Shown here: piece by piece, positions 1 through 9,058 of the stretch | Numbering within the stretch: position 1 is the stretch's first letter | Layout of the letters: every line of letters starts with the position of its first letter | UHGV virus genome: UHGV-0267296 | DNA length: 37,199 nt | Strand: one strand, 5' to 3' | Source: a virus | Made by a program: the position numbers and the translations under genes | The notes under the pieces: generated by a model | Databases searched by the model: none | What the model was told of the DNA's origin: nothing | The model's input: the letters and a program-made list of their open reading frames with translations, nothing else

Positions 1-1
1 C

Positions 2-139
2 GTGGGTGTACGGTGCGGATGCTTCTACGGGACGCTTGCACAGTTCCGGGATAAGATCCGGGAGACACATGGAGAAACAAAGAAGGCACAAGAATATTTA
101 ATGTTAGCGGACTTAATGAAACTTAGATTTGAAAAATAG
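2..139 (+). CDS. C-terminal fragment of hexapeptide-repeat protein (continuation of ORF 36721..37199 if the sequence is circular)
   Basis: Frame 2 is open from base 2 to TAG at 137-139. The first bases (cgtgggtgtacgg) resemble the 18-bp repeat unit of the ORF at the right end. Joining 37199 to 1 keeps the frame open (..FFRLKDG-G-VGVRCGCFYGTLAQF..EK*). No start codon at the left end. Confidence 0.4.
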   Translation: MGVRCGCFYGTLAQFRDKIRETHGETKKAQEYLMLADLMKLRFEK

Positions 140-186
140 CAAAATACTTTAAATGATGAAAGAAGAACTCTGTAAAAGTTTACAGA

Positions 187-247
187 ACAAAAGAGCGCCC
201 ATAAATGAGGCGGCAACCTCTGGGCGCATAGTTAAAAGATCAACTTT
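187..247. repeat. Direct repeat R1 (~58 bp) with nested hairpin GCGCCCA-taaat-GAGG-cggcaa-CCTC-TGGGCGC; second copy at 36640..36697
   Basis: aaaagagcgcccataaatgaggcggcaacctctgggcgcatagttaaaagatca is repeated with 3 mismatches at 36643-36697. Here the outer 7-bp stem is perfect; in R2 it is mutated. Confidence 0.7.
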
Positions 248-279
248 ATTTTAGACGAAAAAGAGGGATTTGTAAAGAA

Positions 280-639
280 ATGAAAACTGTAAAGGTAACA
301 ACTGACAATAAAGTGTCCATTATTGATGTGGATTTCTCTGATTTCAAGAGCATTCAGCAAGCAATTGGTGGTTCTTTTGAGACGGTCCATACTCAACTCA
401 TGGCGGATTATTTCAAAAATCCGTCCGTGATTATGCTAGTCGATGAAGAGGGGCTTGTTAAAGGACTTTCGGAGAATGCATTAGGGTGCGCATTGTATGG
501 AACGGCAAGGCATGGTTATCCTATTGTTGGGGACTTGATTTTTGGTATTGTGGTGGGAGAAGACATTGTCGGTCCGGAAAATCCAGAAGCAATGATAGAG
601 AGGCTGATTGGTACATTTATCGGATTAAAAAGGGTATGA
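280..639 (+). CDS. hypothetical phage protein
   Basis: 119-aa ORF with an RBS-like gagggatttgtaaagaa upstream; first gene of the + strand early block, tightly followed by DUF1351-like gene. Confidence 0.6.
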   Translation: MKTVKVTTDNKVSIIDVDFSDFKSIQQAIGGSFETVHTQLMADYFKNPSVIMLVDEEGLVKGLSENALGCALYGTARHGYPIVGDLIFGIVVGEDIVGPENPEAMIERLIGTFIGLKRV

Positions 640-656
640 AGTGAGAGGAGATTAAT

Positions 657-1616
657 ATGAACGAGTTGACATTAAATGTGAAGCAGAATCCAGGGGTTAT
701 CGAGTTGAATTTTGATGAGATCGAAAAAGCTCTGGATGCGAAACTGGCGGAGTATAAAGGTGCGGTATTTACCGAGGAAAGCAAGAGCATCGCAAAATCA
801 GAGGTAGCCAACCTCAGAAAGCTGAAAAAGGACTTTGAAGATGCGCGGAAGGGCGTAAAGAAAGAATGGATGAAACCCTATGAGGACTTCGAGGCGAAGA
901 TGAAGAACTTGACTGAGAAGATTGATGAACCCATCTGCCTGATTGATTCTCAGCTGAAGGACTTTGAACGGAAGAGAAGAGAGGAACGGCGTGAGAAGAT
1001 CAAGGAAATCTATCAGGAAATCATTGGTGACATGGAAGAGTACTGTGACCTTGGAAGAATTTACGACACAAAATGGGAGAATGCCACTACAACCATGAGA
1101 TCTATCAGGGAGAGCATAGCTACTGCTGTAGAGAGTGCCAGAATTGCAGTAAGCACTATTTCCGGGATGCAGTCAGATGCTGTGGAAAAAGCGCTTGAGA
1201 TTTATAAGGATTCTCAGGATATGGCTAAGGCAGTTGCCTACATAAACAATTATGAACAGCAGAAAGCTGAGATCATGCGCAGGGAAGAGGAGCGCAGACG
1301 TCAAGAGGAAGAAAGGAGGCGTCTTGCTGAGGAAAAACGGATCCGTGTAGCAGAAAGAGAAGCTATTGAGCGAGAAGCGAGGATCCGGGAGCAGGCGCGT
1401 CAGGAAGCAGAAGCAAGAGAATCCCAGGCCGCAAGACAGGAAGCGGCAGTTGCCCCGCTTGAGACCGAAAAGTCTGGTGGTGATGATGTGATGCCGTTTG
1501 TGCAGCCGGACACCCGGACTGTGTTTTATCATGTGGTGGCATCCGATGAAGATATCCAGGCTATTGATATGGCACTGGATAGCATTGGAGTTTATTACGA
1601 ACGGAGGGACGGATAA
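657..1616 (+). CDS. DUF1351-like phage protein (recombination-module accessory) with Arg/Glu-rich coiled-coil
   Basis: N-terminal sequence pattern typical of the siphovirus DUF1351 family that sits directly upstream of ERF/RecT genes. RBS gagaggag upstream of the start. ER-rich repeat EERRRQEEERRRLAEEKR. Confidence 0.6.
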   Translation: MNELTLNVKQNPGVIELNFDEIEKALDAKLAEYKGAVFTEESKSIAKSEVANLRKLKKDFEDARKGVKKEWMKPYEDFEAKMKNLTEKIDEPICLIDSQLKDFERKRREERREKIKEIYQEIIGDMEEYCDLGRIYDTKWENATTTMRSIRESIATAVESARIAVSTISGMQSDAVEKALEIYKDSQDMAKAVAYINNYEQQKAEIMRREEERRRQEEERRRLAEEKRIRVAEREAIEREARIREQARQEAEARESQAARQEAAVAPLETEKSGGDDVMPFVQPDTRTVFYHVVASDEDIQAIDMALDSIGVYYERRDG

Positions 1617-2416
1617 TGCAGGAAGGACAGGCAATGCTTCCAGGAGCACCGAAGATTTACGCGGCTATTGCAGGTGTGATCAATGACATCGGCGTGGTGT
1701 CCAAGGATAAGGTTAATAAGCAGCAGGGCTTTAAGTACAGGAGTGTGGACGACGTTTATAGCGTCCTGAATCCCGCTCTGGCAAAGAACAAAGTATTTAT
1801 TCTTCCGGAGATTTTGGACGAGACCCGGGAGATCGGAACGAGCAAAAGCGGAGGCAGGGTCACTTCTGTCATTCTTAAAATGAAATATACGGTATACGCG
1901 GAAGATGGATCCCATGTTGAGACCGTCCTCAAAGGTGAGGCTATGGATACAGGGGATAAGGCTATTAACAAAGCCATGGCGATCGCATATAAGTATCTGT
2001 GCTTCCAGCTCTTCTGCATTCCGGTTGAGGATATGGCGGATCCGGATGCGGAGATCCATGACATGGATGGGAAGACGACCCAGGAAAAGAATGCTGGAAA
2101 AGGTAAGACATCAGCACCCGCTGCAAAGAAGCAAGAATCGGCAAAAGCTCAGCCGGCCGAAAATAAAGAGGGCAATCCGGAGCAGAAGAGAGGTGCTGCG
2201 CAGGAAAGCGAAGACAGGAAGGTAACTGAGGTGATGGTGAATACGATCCGCGCTGAGCAGAAGCGGACCGGTGTGTCGGATAAAATGATCCTTGATCGGT
2301 TGCATTCAAAGGCAAAGAGCATCGAAGAAATGACTGTAGAGGAATTTAAGCAAGCCATGAAGATTTTTGAAGTAACAAAGGATTTAAAGCGGGAGGCATC
2401 AGATGAGCATAAATAG
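1616..2416 (+). CDS. ERF-family single-strand annealing protein
   Basis: Motif block KAINKAMAIAYKYLCFQLF and overall layout match ERF (essential recombination function) proteins; sits between DUF1351 and SSB. Low-complexity K/E/A-rich C-terminus. Confidence 0.7.
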   Translation: MQEGQAMLPGAPKIYAAIAGVINDIGVVSKDKVNKQQGFKYRSVDDVYSVLNPALAKNKVFILPEILDETREIGTSKSGGRVTSVILKMKYTVYAEDGSHVETVLKGEAMDTGDKAINKAMAIAYKYLCFQLFCIPVEDMADPDAEIHDMDGKTTQEKNAGKGKTSAPAAKKQESAKAQPAENKEGNPEQKRGAAQESEDRKVTEVMVNTIRAEQKRTGVSDKMILDRLHSKAKSIEEMTVEEFKQAMKIFEVTKDLKREASDEHK

Positions 2417-2837
2417 TGTGAATTTAACAGGCCGTCTCACCAGGGATCCGGATGTGCGGTACACGGATGGCGGGACAAGCATTGCGCGGTTTACCCTTGC
2501 GGTAGACCGCCGCTTTAAACAGGACGGCGGACCAACGGCAGACTTCCCCAGCTGTGTCGCTTTTGGAAGGACAGCGGAATTTATTGAGCGGTATTTCCGC
2601 CAGGGCATGAAGCTGGAGCTGACTGGCAGGATTCAGACTGGATCTTATACAAACAAGGACGGTGTAAAAGTATATACAACGGATGTGATCGCGGAGCAGG
2701 TCGGATTCGGGGAGAGCAAGAGTTCGTCGCAGGATTGTGGAGCCCATATGGAGTATGGCGGAGGCTTCGGACAAGAAGATGGAGACGGATTTATGAATAT
2801 CCCAGACGGGATTGACGAAAAACTGCCGTTTAATTGA
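2403..2837 (+). CDS. ssb: single-stranded DNA-binding protein
   Basis: Canonical SSB OB-fold N-terminus (VNLTGRLTRDPDVRYTDGGTSIARFTLAVDR..) and acidic C-terminal tail ending DGIDEKLPFN (DDIPF-like). Confidence 0.9.
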   Translation: MSINSVNLTGRLTRDPDVRYTDGGTSIARFTLAVDRRFKQDGGPTADFPSCVAFGRTAEFIERYFRQGMKLELTGRIQTGSYTNKDGVKVYTTDVIAEQVGFGESKSSSQDCGAHMEYGGGFGQEDGDGFMNIPDGIDEKLPFN

Positions 2838-2847
2838 GGTGATGTGA

Positions 2848-3348
2848 ATGATTATACAGATTGACAGCAGGGAAAAGGCGCGGGCGATCACGAAGATCGT
2901 GGCGGAGTTTGACCGACAGAATATTACGCATCCGGTATCAAAGCTGATGGTCGGGGATTACATGAACTATGATAATCCCCGGCTGATTATCGACAGAAAG
3001 CAGAACCTGTCAGAGCTGTGCAATAACGTCTGCAACGATCATGACCGGTTCCGAAGGGAGCTGATCCTTGCACAGAAAAATGAGATCCAGCTAGTGATCC
3101 TGGTGGAGCACGGGAAGGGGATTACCTGCCTGCAGGACGTGGCATGGTGGGATAATCCCCGCAGATGGAAGAGACAGCGAAATCGGGTCACTGGAAAGTG
3201 GGAGGATGTCGAAACAAAGGCTATGACAGGCGATGTATTGTATAAAATTCTCTGTACTCAGGAACAGAAGTATGGTTGCCGATTCCTTTTCTGTGATAAG
3301 GACGAGACGGGAAAAGAGATTATTCGGATTTTGATGGATGGACTATGA
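2848..3348 (+). CDS. putative ERCC4/Mus81-type nuclease (possible junction-resolving enzyme)
   Basis: Sequence GDYMNYDNPRLIIDRKQNLSELCNNVCND fits the GD..ERK...D ERCC4 nuclease signature (DRK variant). Position next to SSB/ERF supports a recombination role. Motif-level call only. Confidence 0.35.
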   Translation: MIIQIDSREKARAITKIVAEFDRQNITHPVSKLMVGDYMNYDNPRLIIDRKQNLSELCNNVCNDHDRFRRELILAQKNEIQLVILVEHGKGITCLQDVAWWDNPRRWKRQRNRVTGKWEDVETKAMTGDVLYKILCTQEQKYGCRFLFCDKDETGKEIIRILMDGL

Positions 3349-3830
3349 ACAGTGAAGAAATTAAGAAAACTTATAGCATGCGAGATATTTTAGGACGGTA
3401 TGGGATGCAACCGAACAGAGCTGGCTTCATCTGCTGCCCATTCCATAAAGAGAAAACCGCATCCATGAAGATCTATCAGGACAGCTATTATTGCTTCGGA
3501 TGTGGCGCACATGGGGATATTTTTGACTTTGTAAGCCAGATGGAAGATATCACATTCCGGGAAGCATTTTTCAATCTGGGCGGGACATACGAGCAGAAAA
3601 AAGAGACGTTCGGCGAACGAATGTCGCGGTATCACGCCCGGAAAGAGTGGGAGATGCAGCAAAGGCAGAAAGAGAATCTGGAAGAGCGGCGGAAAGTCAA
3701 TAGCGAGCTGATCGACATATATCGAGACTGTCTGATACTTACAGTGCCGCTTTCTGATCTCTGGACGGAAAGCTATAACAAGCTGCAGTATCAACTGTAT
3801 TTACACGAAGTTTTAAATGAACCGAGGTGA
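3345..3830 (+). CDS. CHC2 zinc-finger (DnaG-type primase zinc-binding domain) protein
   Basis: CCPFHKEKTASMKIY..YYCFGCGAHGDIFDFV is the classic CHC2 primase zinc finger. Only 161 aa, so no TOPRIM domain in this ORF. Confidence 0.75.
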   Translation: MNSEEIKKTYSMRDILGRYGMQPNRAGFICCPFHKEKTASMKIYQDSYYCFGCGAHGDIFDFVSQMEDITFREAFFNLGGTYEQKKETFGERMSRYHARKEWEMQQRQKENLEERRKVNSELIDIYRDCLILTVPLSDLWTESYNKLQYQLYLHEVLNEPR

Positions 3831-5698
3831 TAAGGAGCGATATGAAACCTTTAAACAGTTACGATAAAAAAGGAATCCTGGCAGAGGAAGTCTTTGTGGA
3901 AATCTTTGAGCAGGAGGATGCTATAAGACGGGCACAGATGCTCCTTTCCTTTCAGGATCGTGCAAAGGAGCTCGGAGTAAAAGGGCAGTTTGACACAATG
4001 GTGAAAGCATTCGAAAAAGCTGAGAAGGAAACTCAGCAGAAACAGCGGCAGAGTCAGACACTCATTGAAAACTGGACGAATTTTACTGGGAAGTACGACT
4101 CTATGAAGTGCGGATCCTGGCTTGCCGCAGACAATGGTATACGGACATTCAATAAGGATTATTCCAACGAGGTGATCGTCTGTTACCATCCAATCATGCC
4201 GATCGGAAGGATGCGGAACCTGGAGACAGGGGAAGAACAGATCCGGCTGGCGTATAAACGTAATCACCGCTGGACAGAGATTGCCGTCCCAAAAGATATT
4301 ATATCTTCGGCAAGCAAGATTGTCTCGTTGTCCAAGCTCGGTGTAGCAGTCACATCCGAAAATGCAAAATTGTTGGTGAAATATCTGTCGGACGTAGAAA
4401 ATATGAACGATGACGAGATCCCAATTCAAAGATCGAGCGCAAAACTAGGCTGGATCGGAGATGGTTTTCTGCCGTATGATACGGAGATTATTTTTGATGG
4501 GGATATGGCATTCGGACAAGTATACGAGAGTATCCGAGAGCATGGAAGCTGGCAGGAGTGGCTGGAGCATGTGAAGGCATTACGCAGGACAGGGCGGTTG
4601 GAGATCAAATTTTCTCTAGCAGCATCCTTTGCAAGTATTCTAGTCAACCGTTTAGGTGCTCTTCCGTTTATTGTTGATCTTTGGGGCGAGACGGAAGGGG
4701 GAAAATCTGTCTCCATGATGCTTGCGGCTTCGATTTGGGCGAATCCGGACAATAACCAGTACATAGGCGATTTCAAGACAACGGACACACAGTTGGAGAT
4801 TCGCGCGGACTTACTGAACCATCTTCCTTTGATGCTGGATGATACCAGCAAGACTAGCAGTCGGATCAGAGATAATTTCGAGGGCGTCGTGTATGATTTG
4901 TGTTCTGGGAAGGGCAAGAGTCGATCCAATAAAGAACTTGGAATCCGCCGGGAGAATCGATGGAAGAATACGATCCTTACAAACGGGGAGCGCCCATTGA
5001 CGTCCTATGTGTCGCAGGGTGGCGCGATTAACCGTATTCTTGAGATTGAATGTGGTGAAAAGGTATATCAGGACCCACAATATACAGCGGAGCTGCTCAA
5101 AAAGAACTATGGATTTGCCGGGAAACGGTTTGTGCAGGTCATAAAGAAGATGGGCGCGGAAGAACTCAGGGAGATACAGCAAAAGCTTCAAAAGGAGCTA
5201 TTCAGCGTTGATAAAATGCAGAAACAGAGCATAGCCATGTCGGTCCTGTTGCTGGCTGATCGGATAGCAACGGATCATATCTTTTATGATGGAGAATATA
5301 TCAGTGTACAGGAAGCTGAAAGCGTCCTTGTGGATAAGAGTGAGGTGTCAGAGCATGAGCGTTGTTACCACTATCTGCTTGACAAGATTAACATGAACCG
5401 GCAGCGTTTTGATGCCGCGGCAACGACGGAGCAATGGGGGATTATTAGCGAAGGATATGCAATCATGTACCCTCAGGCTGTGAAGGAGCTGTGCCGGCAG
5501 GGAGATTATTCCTACAAGGCATTCCTCAACTGGGCGGATAAGCAGGGAATTATCCAGACAGACGGCAAGAACCAGACAAAGCTGAAGAAGATCGACGGCA
5601 AGCCGGTTCGCTGCGTATTCTTGCAGCTGAACGAATTCCAAGACAAGGACGGATTCGAGCCGACGGATGTATCGCAGGAAGAGCTCCCGTTTAAATAA
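3827..5698 (+). CDS. primase/helicase-associated ATPase (DUF927/VirE/P4 primase C-terminal-like)
   Basis: 623 aa with Walker A-like DLWGETEGGKSVS and Walker B-like LPLMLDDTSK. Translationally coupled to the CHC2 ORF; followed by an iteron/palindrome region. Confidence 0.55.
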   Translation: MIRSDMKPLNSYDKKGILAEEVFVEIFEQEDAIRRAQMLLSFQDRAKELGVKGQFDTMVKAFEKAEKETQQKQRQSQTLIENWTNFTGKYDSMKCGSWLAADNGIRTFNKDYSNEVIVCYHPIMPIGRMRNLETGEEQIRLAYKRNHRWTEIAVPKDIISSASKIVSLSKLGVAVTSENAKLLVKYLSDVENMNDDEIPIQRSSAKLGWIGDGFLPYDTEIIFDGDMAFGQVYESIREHGSWQEWLEHVKALRRTGRLEIKFSLAASFASILVNRLGALPFIVDLWGETEGGKSVSMMLAASIWANPDNNQYIGDFKTTDTQLEIRADLLNHLPLMLDDTSKTSSRIRDNFEGVVYDLCSGKGKSRSNKELGIRRENRWKNTILTNGERPLTSYVSQGGAINRILEIECGEKVYQDPQYTAELLKKNYGFAGKRFVQVIKKMGAEELREIQQKLQKELFSVDKMQKQSIAMSVLLLADRIATDHIFYDGEYISVQEAESVLVDKSEVSEHERCYHYLLDKINMNRQRFDAAATTEQWGIISEGYAIMYPQAVKELCRQGDYSYKAFLNWADKQGIIQTDGKNQTKLKKIDGKPVRCVFLQLNEFQDKDGFEPTDVSQEELPFK

Positions 5699-5915
5699 CG
5701 GTAACAAAGTAACAGGGGTAACATTCGAAAACGCCTATATATATCTGAAATATATGTATATATATCGTTCCGCACCCTATAAGGGAAAAGAGGTGTTACT
5801 AATGTTACCGCTCGGAAAAGTGCTGATAAACCTAGTAAATACGCGGGTTTGCGTGGTAACAAATGCATTTGTTACTTTTTGAAATATCGTGTTACAAAAC
5901 AATGTTCTTGTTACT
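5699..5915. repeat. putative replication origin: GTAACA/TGTTAC iterons (>=8), AT-rich core, 20-bp perfect palindrome
   Basis: ggtaacaaagtaacaggggtaaca at 5699-5724; tatatatatctgaaatatatgtatatatat at 5736-5765; gttactaatgttac at 5795-5808; palindrome gtaacaaatgcatttgttac at 5856-5875; gttacaaaacaatgttcttgttac at 5891-5914. Confidence 0.45.
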
Positions 5916-5928
5916 TTTGGAGGTATTT

Positions 5929-6153
5929 ATGGATAAAAAAGTGAAAGACCTGCATGAGAAGATCACAGATGTGTATAACACCATGTGGGTAGCGTATAAA
6001 AAATATCTTGAAGATGGGTATGTGCGATATATCAATGATGCCGCCTCTGATTTAGAAAAGAAATATCAAGACGATCCAGTGATCATGCAGTTTATTTGGT
6101 ACCAAAAAGCATCATGGTCGGGACCAGTAGAGCAGATTAAGGAGTGGTCGTGA
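5929..6153 (+). CDS. hypothetical early protein (74 aa)
   Basis: ATG at 5929 preceded by ggaggtatttat. The ORF track begins at 5863, but that upstream part runs through the iteron region. Confidence 0.5.
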   Translation: MDKKVKDLHEKITDVYNTMWVAYKKYLEDGYVRYINDAASDLEKKYQDDPVIMQFIWYQKASWSGPVEQIKEWS

Positions 6154-6312
6154 TGAAAAAAAGAAAGAGGATGCAAAGCAGGTAAAGGCAGACGATGCAA
6201 AGATCTGCTACCTGTGCGGTGAGCTGATTGTCGGAGATTATGAATATGTTCGTACAAAACGTCGGACAGAGATGTATTTCCACAAAGGCATGAAATGCAG
6301 AAAGGGAAAATG

Positions 6313-6519
6313 ATGGACGAGACAAGAGAAACTAAAAGAAATGTAATCCGGAGTATCCGGAAAGGCTCTGTTCAGTGGAGCGAAGAAGACCGGCTTAAAG
6401 TTGCAACATTGCTTTTAAAGGCTGGGTATGCGGTAAAACTGAACAGACAGCCGATTCCAGGAAAAGCATCCGGAAAGACGCAGCAGATGGAATATGTGAT
6501 TGAATACTGGGAGGAATAG
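6313..6519 (+). CDS. hypothetical early protein
   Basis: ATG at 6313 with RBS agaaagggaaa; 68 aa, basic. Confidence 0.45.
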   Translation: MDETRETKRNVIRSIRKGSVQWSEEDRLKVATLLLKAGYAVKLNRQPIPGKASGKTQQMEYVIEYWEE

Positions 6520-6823
6520 GCGTGATAAAGAAGAAAGGCATGAACCCAGCGTTGGCACGAATGACGCAGATCCAGAAGGACAACATGCTGATCAGCTTAG
6601 GAAGATTTATTTTCCGATCGCAGAGTCCTGGAAGCTAATTCGGGAGTTCTGCGATGCGACAGGGACGCCCGTTGAGTGCTTCAAAGTGCACGAGCGGGCG
6701 CAGGATATATATGAGAGATCAGATAAGACGCAGTTCGCCACAGAGATTGTGTCAGCTACGGTGAATCTTATAGACCGTCTCATGAGAGAGAATGGAGGTA
6801 CAGCAAAAGAATGGAGAAAGTAA
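6500..6823 (+). CDS. hypothetical protein (start uncertain)
   Basis: 107-aa ORF. Its C-terminal two-thirds look protein-like. An overlapping 37-aa ORF in another frame (GTG at 6531) has a stronger RBS (gggaggaatag), so the true 5' end is ambiguous. Confidence 0.35.
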   Translation: MNTGRNRRDKEERHEPSVGTNDADPEGQHADQLRKIYFPIAESWKLIREFCDATGTPVECFKVHERAQDIYERSDKTQFATEIVSATVNLIDRLMRENGGTAKEWRK

Positions 6824-7404
6824 CGATTGATTATAATCGTCTCTGCCTAGAGTTGGAAAAACAGGGTAAGACAAAAGCAGATTTATCTAGGGACATGACG
6901 AAGAACAAGAACTTCGTCGGCTTGATGGAAAAGAATCCGGATCAGCCAGCGGAGGTAGAACGGCTTATGTGTTTGCTGCTCGGATTGGAACAGGGGAGTC
7001 TGATCAAGCAGGAGGAAGCAACTGGATCACAGGGAGAAATCAAGATACTGGAAAACCTGCACAAAGAAATGCGAGAAATCCATCAGGCTATTATAGAGTA
7101 CGGGGAGCTTATCGAGAAAATTTGGAGTAAAGTACATGCAAATACCCTTCAGCTTGAGAAAGTAAAGGAAGATGTTAAGGAATGTGCACAGGTGTTAAAG
7201 ATGACCGATTACGACAAAGCGGTTCGTTTTTTGAAAGAGACATTGGCAGGTGGTCGGATCGATGGCGCGGAGGTATTGAGGATGGCAGATGCTACAGGGA
7301 TCAAGAGAGCGGATCTCAATAAAGCAAAGAGAGATATCGGTGTAGACACAGCACAGACAGGATACGGTAAAAATCAAAAGACATGGTGGTTTTTGTCTGA
7401 GTAA
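6811..7404 (+). CDS. hypothetical protein, possible N-terminal HTH
   Basis: 197-aa ORF overlapping the previous stop. N-terminus (TKADLSRDMTKNKNFVGLME) is HTH-like. Confidence 0.5.
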   Translation: MEKVTIDYNRLCLELEKQGKTKADLSRDMTKNKNFVGLMEKNPDQPAEVERLMCLLLGLEQGSLIKQEEATGSQGEIKILENLHKEMREIHQAIIEYGELIEKIWSKVHANTLQLEKVKEDVKECAQVLKMTDYDKAVRFLKETLAGGRIDGAEVLRMADATGIKRADLNKAKRDIGVDTAQTGYGKNQKTWWFLSE

Positions 7405-7453
7405 AAAAAGAAAGGAGCCAGCCTCCGGCCGGGGCAATGGTATACCGGGCTTC

Positions 7454-8845
7454 TTGCGAGAGATGAAGAGAGATTTGATAATAGACTGCTTTGCCGGTGG
7501 AGGTGGGGCAAGCGTAGGAATTGAGATGGCGCTGGGGCGATCGGTCGATATTGCAATCAATCACGATCCGGATGCAATTCTGATGCATAAAACGAACCAT
7601 CCGAATACATTACATCTGACAGAAGATATTTTTAGGGTGGATCTGAAAAAATATGTGAAAGGTCGGCATGTGGCTCTTATGTGGGCATCGCCGGACTGTA
7701 CGAGCCATAGCAAGGCGAAAGGGGGGAAACCCCGTGAGAGAGGTCTAAGGATCCTTCCGTGGGCCGTGTATAAGCATACGAAGGCTATCCTACCGGATAT
7801 AATCCTGATGGAAAACGTGGAAGAGATTCAACAGTGGGGCCCGCTTGACGCAGACGGACATCCGATCAAGGAGCGCCGCGGAGAGGATTATCAGAAGTTC
7901 ATAACAGCCATGAAGTCTCTCGGATATGTATTTGACTGCCGGGAGCTTGTGGCAGCAGACTATGGAGCGCCTACAACACGGAAACGTTGGTACGCAATAT
8001 TCCGGCGGGATGGTCGGGAGATTGTCTGGCCGGCACCGACACATTTCAAGGATAGAGAACCACACTGGAAGGCATGCGGAGATTACATAGACTGGTCTGA
8101 TTTGGGACGGTCTATATTTGATAGACCGAAGCCACTGGCAGATGCGACTATGAAGCGAATTGCAAACGGAATTCGAAAATATATCATTGAAAATCCTGCA
8201 CCATATATTGTAAAGGATGGGGGAAAACTGTTTGTTTCATATTTGGACAAGGCATATGGCGGGAATTATGCAGGCTGTGGGAGCGACTTGAGTAATCCGT
8301 GTAGTACTATAACAACTGTGGATCATAACCGACTTGTAACTGCATTTTTGATCCAATACCACGGAGAGACAAAGGCAGGAGAGTCCCGTGGGCAACTTCT
8401 GACGGAGCCAATAAAGACCATAGATACCAGCAATCGGTACGGACTCGTAACCGCATTTATTACAAAGTTCTATAAAAGCGGGATCGGACAGGAATGCGAT
8501 GAACCGTTACACACCATTACAACATCGCCGGGGCATTTCGGACTGGTGAATGTAGTGTTGGATATTGAGGGGGGAAAGTATATCCTGAATGACATCTTCC
8601 TCAGGATGCTAAAACCGGAAGAACTGAAACTGATGCAGGGCTTTCCGAAGGATTACATCATTGACCGGGATTACAGGTGGAAATCATATCCGATTACAAA
8701 ACAGGTGGCACGGATTGGGAACAGTGTTGTGCCGATTATGGCACAGAAACTGGTAGGAGCAAATTGCCCGTATCTGAAGGTTGGAGAACGGTTGCCGAAC
8801 TTCCGAACAGAGGAAGAAGGGAGTGGGCAGATTAGGTTTGCTTAA
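7454..8845 (+). CDS. DNA (cytosine-5)-methyltransferase, orphan
   Basis: Motif I IIDCFAGGGGASVG; motif IV variant WASPDCTSHS (Cys present, PDC instead of PCQ); motif VI LMENVEEI; motif IX LKPEELKLMQGFPKDY; motif X ARIGNSVVPIMAQKL. No restriction endonuclease partner nearby. Confidence 0.85.
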   Translation: MREMKRDLIIDCFAGGGGASVGIEMALGRSVDIAINHDPDAILMHKTNHPNTLHLTEDIFRVDLKKYVKGRHVALMWASPDCTSHSKAKGGKPRERGLRILPWAVYKHTKAILPDIILMENVEEIQQWGPLDADGHPIKERRGEDYQKFITAMKSLGYVFDCRELVAADYGAPTTRKRWYAIFRRDGREIVWPAPTHFKDREPHWKACGDYIDWSDLGRSIFDRPKPLADATMKRIANGIRKYIIENPAPYIVKDGGKLFVSYLDKAYGGNYAGCGSDLSNPCSTITTVDHNRLVTAFLIQYHGETKAGESRGQLLTEPIKTIDTSNRYGLVTAFITKFYKSGIGQECDEPLHTITTSPGHFGLVNVVLDIEGGKYILNDIFLRMLKPEELKLMQGFPKDYIIDRDYRWKSYPITKQVARIGNSVVPIMAQKLVGANCPYLKVGERLPNFRTEEEGSGQIRFA

Positions 8846-8877
8846 GTCATTCACGAGTTGATCGAAAGGAGAGTGGA

Positions 8878-9033
8878 GATGAAAAATGAAACAAAAAGCA
8901 TAGTAACGATCATTGAAGAGGTTTGTGAGGACGTTTGCGAAAACTACTGTGAGTACAGAAATACGATAGACGACTACGGTGAGTGTGATGTGCAACGAGA
9001 GAGCGGCGAATGTCCGTTAGATCGGTTGAATTA
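8878..9033 (+). CDS. small Cys-rich protein (51 aa)
   Basis: ATG with RBS gaaaggagagtggag; MKNETKSIVTIIEEVCEDVCENYCEYRNTIDDYGECDVQRESGECPLDRLN, 8 Cys in CxxxC/CxxC spacing. Below the 60-aa cutoff of the ORF track. Confidence 0.4.
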
Positions 9034-9058
9034 AGTTGATTTTAATGGAGAGGTAAAA

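Noticed and set aside
6150-6312. Cys/His-containing frame (..AKICYLCGELIVGDYEYVRTKRRTEMYFHKGMKCRKGK) suggestive of a small zinc-ribbon protein
   Set aside because: This frame has no ATG/GTG/TTG start after the upstream stop and no RBS. It would need recoding from the preceding gene. Not supportable from sequence alone.
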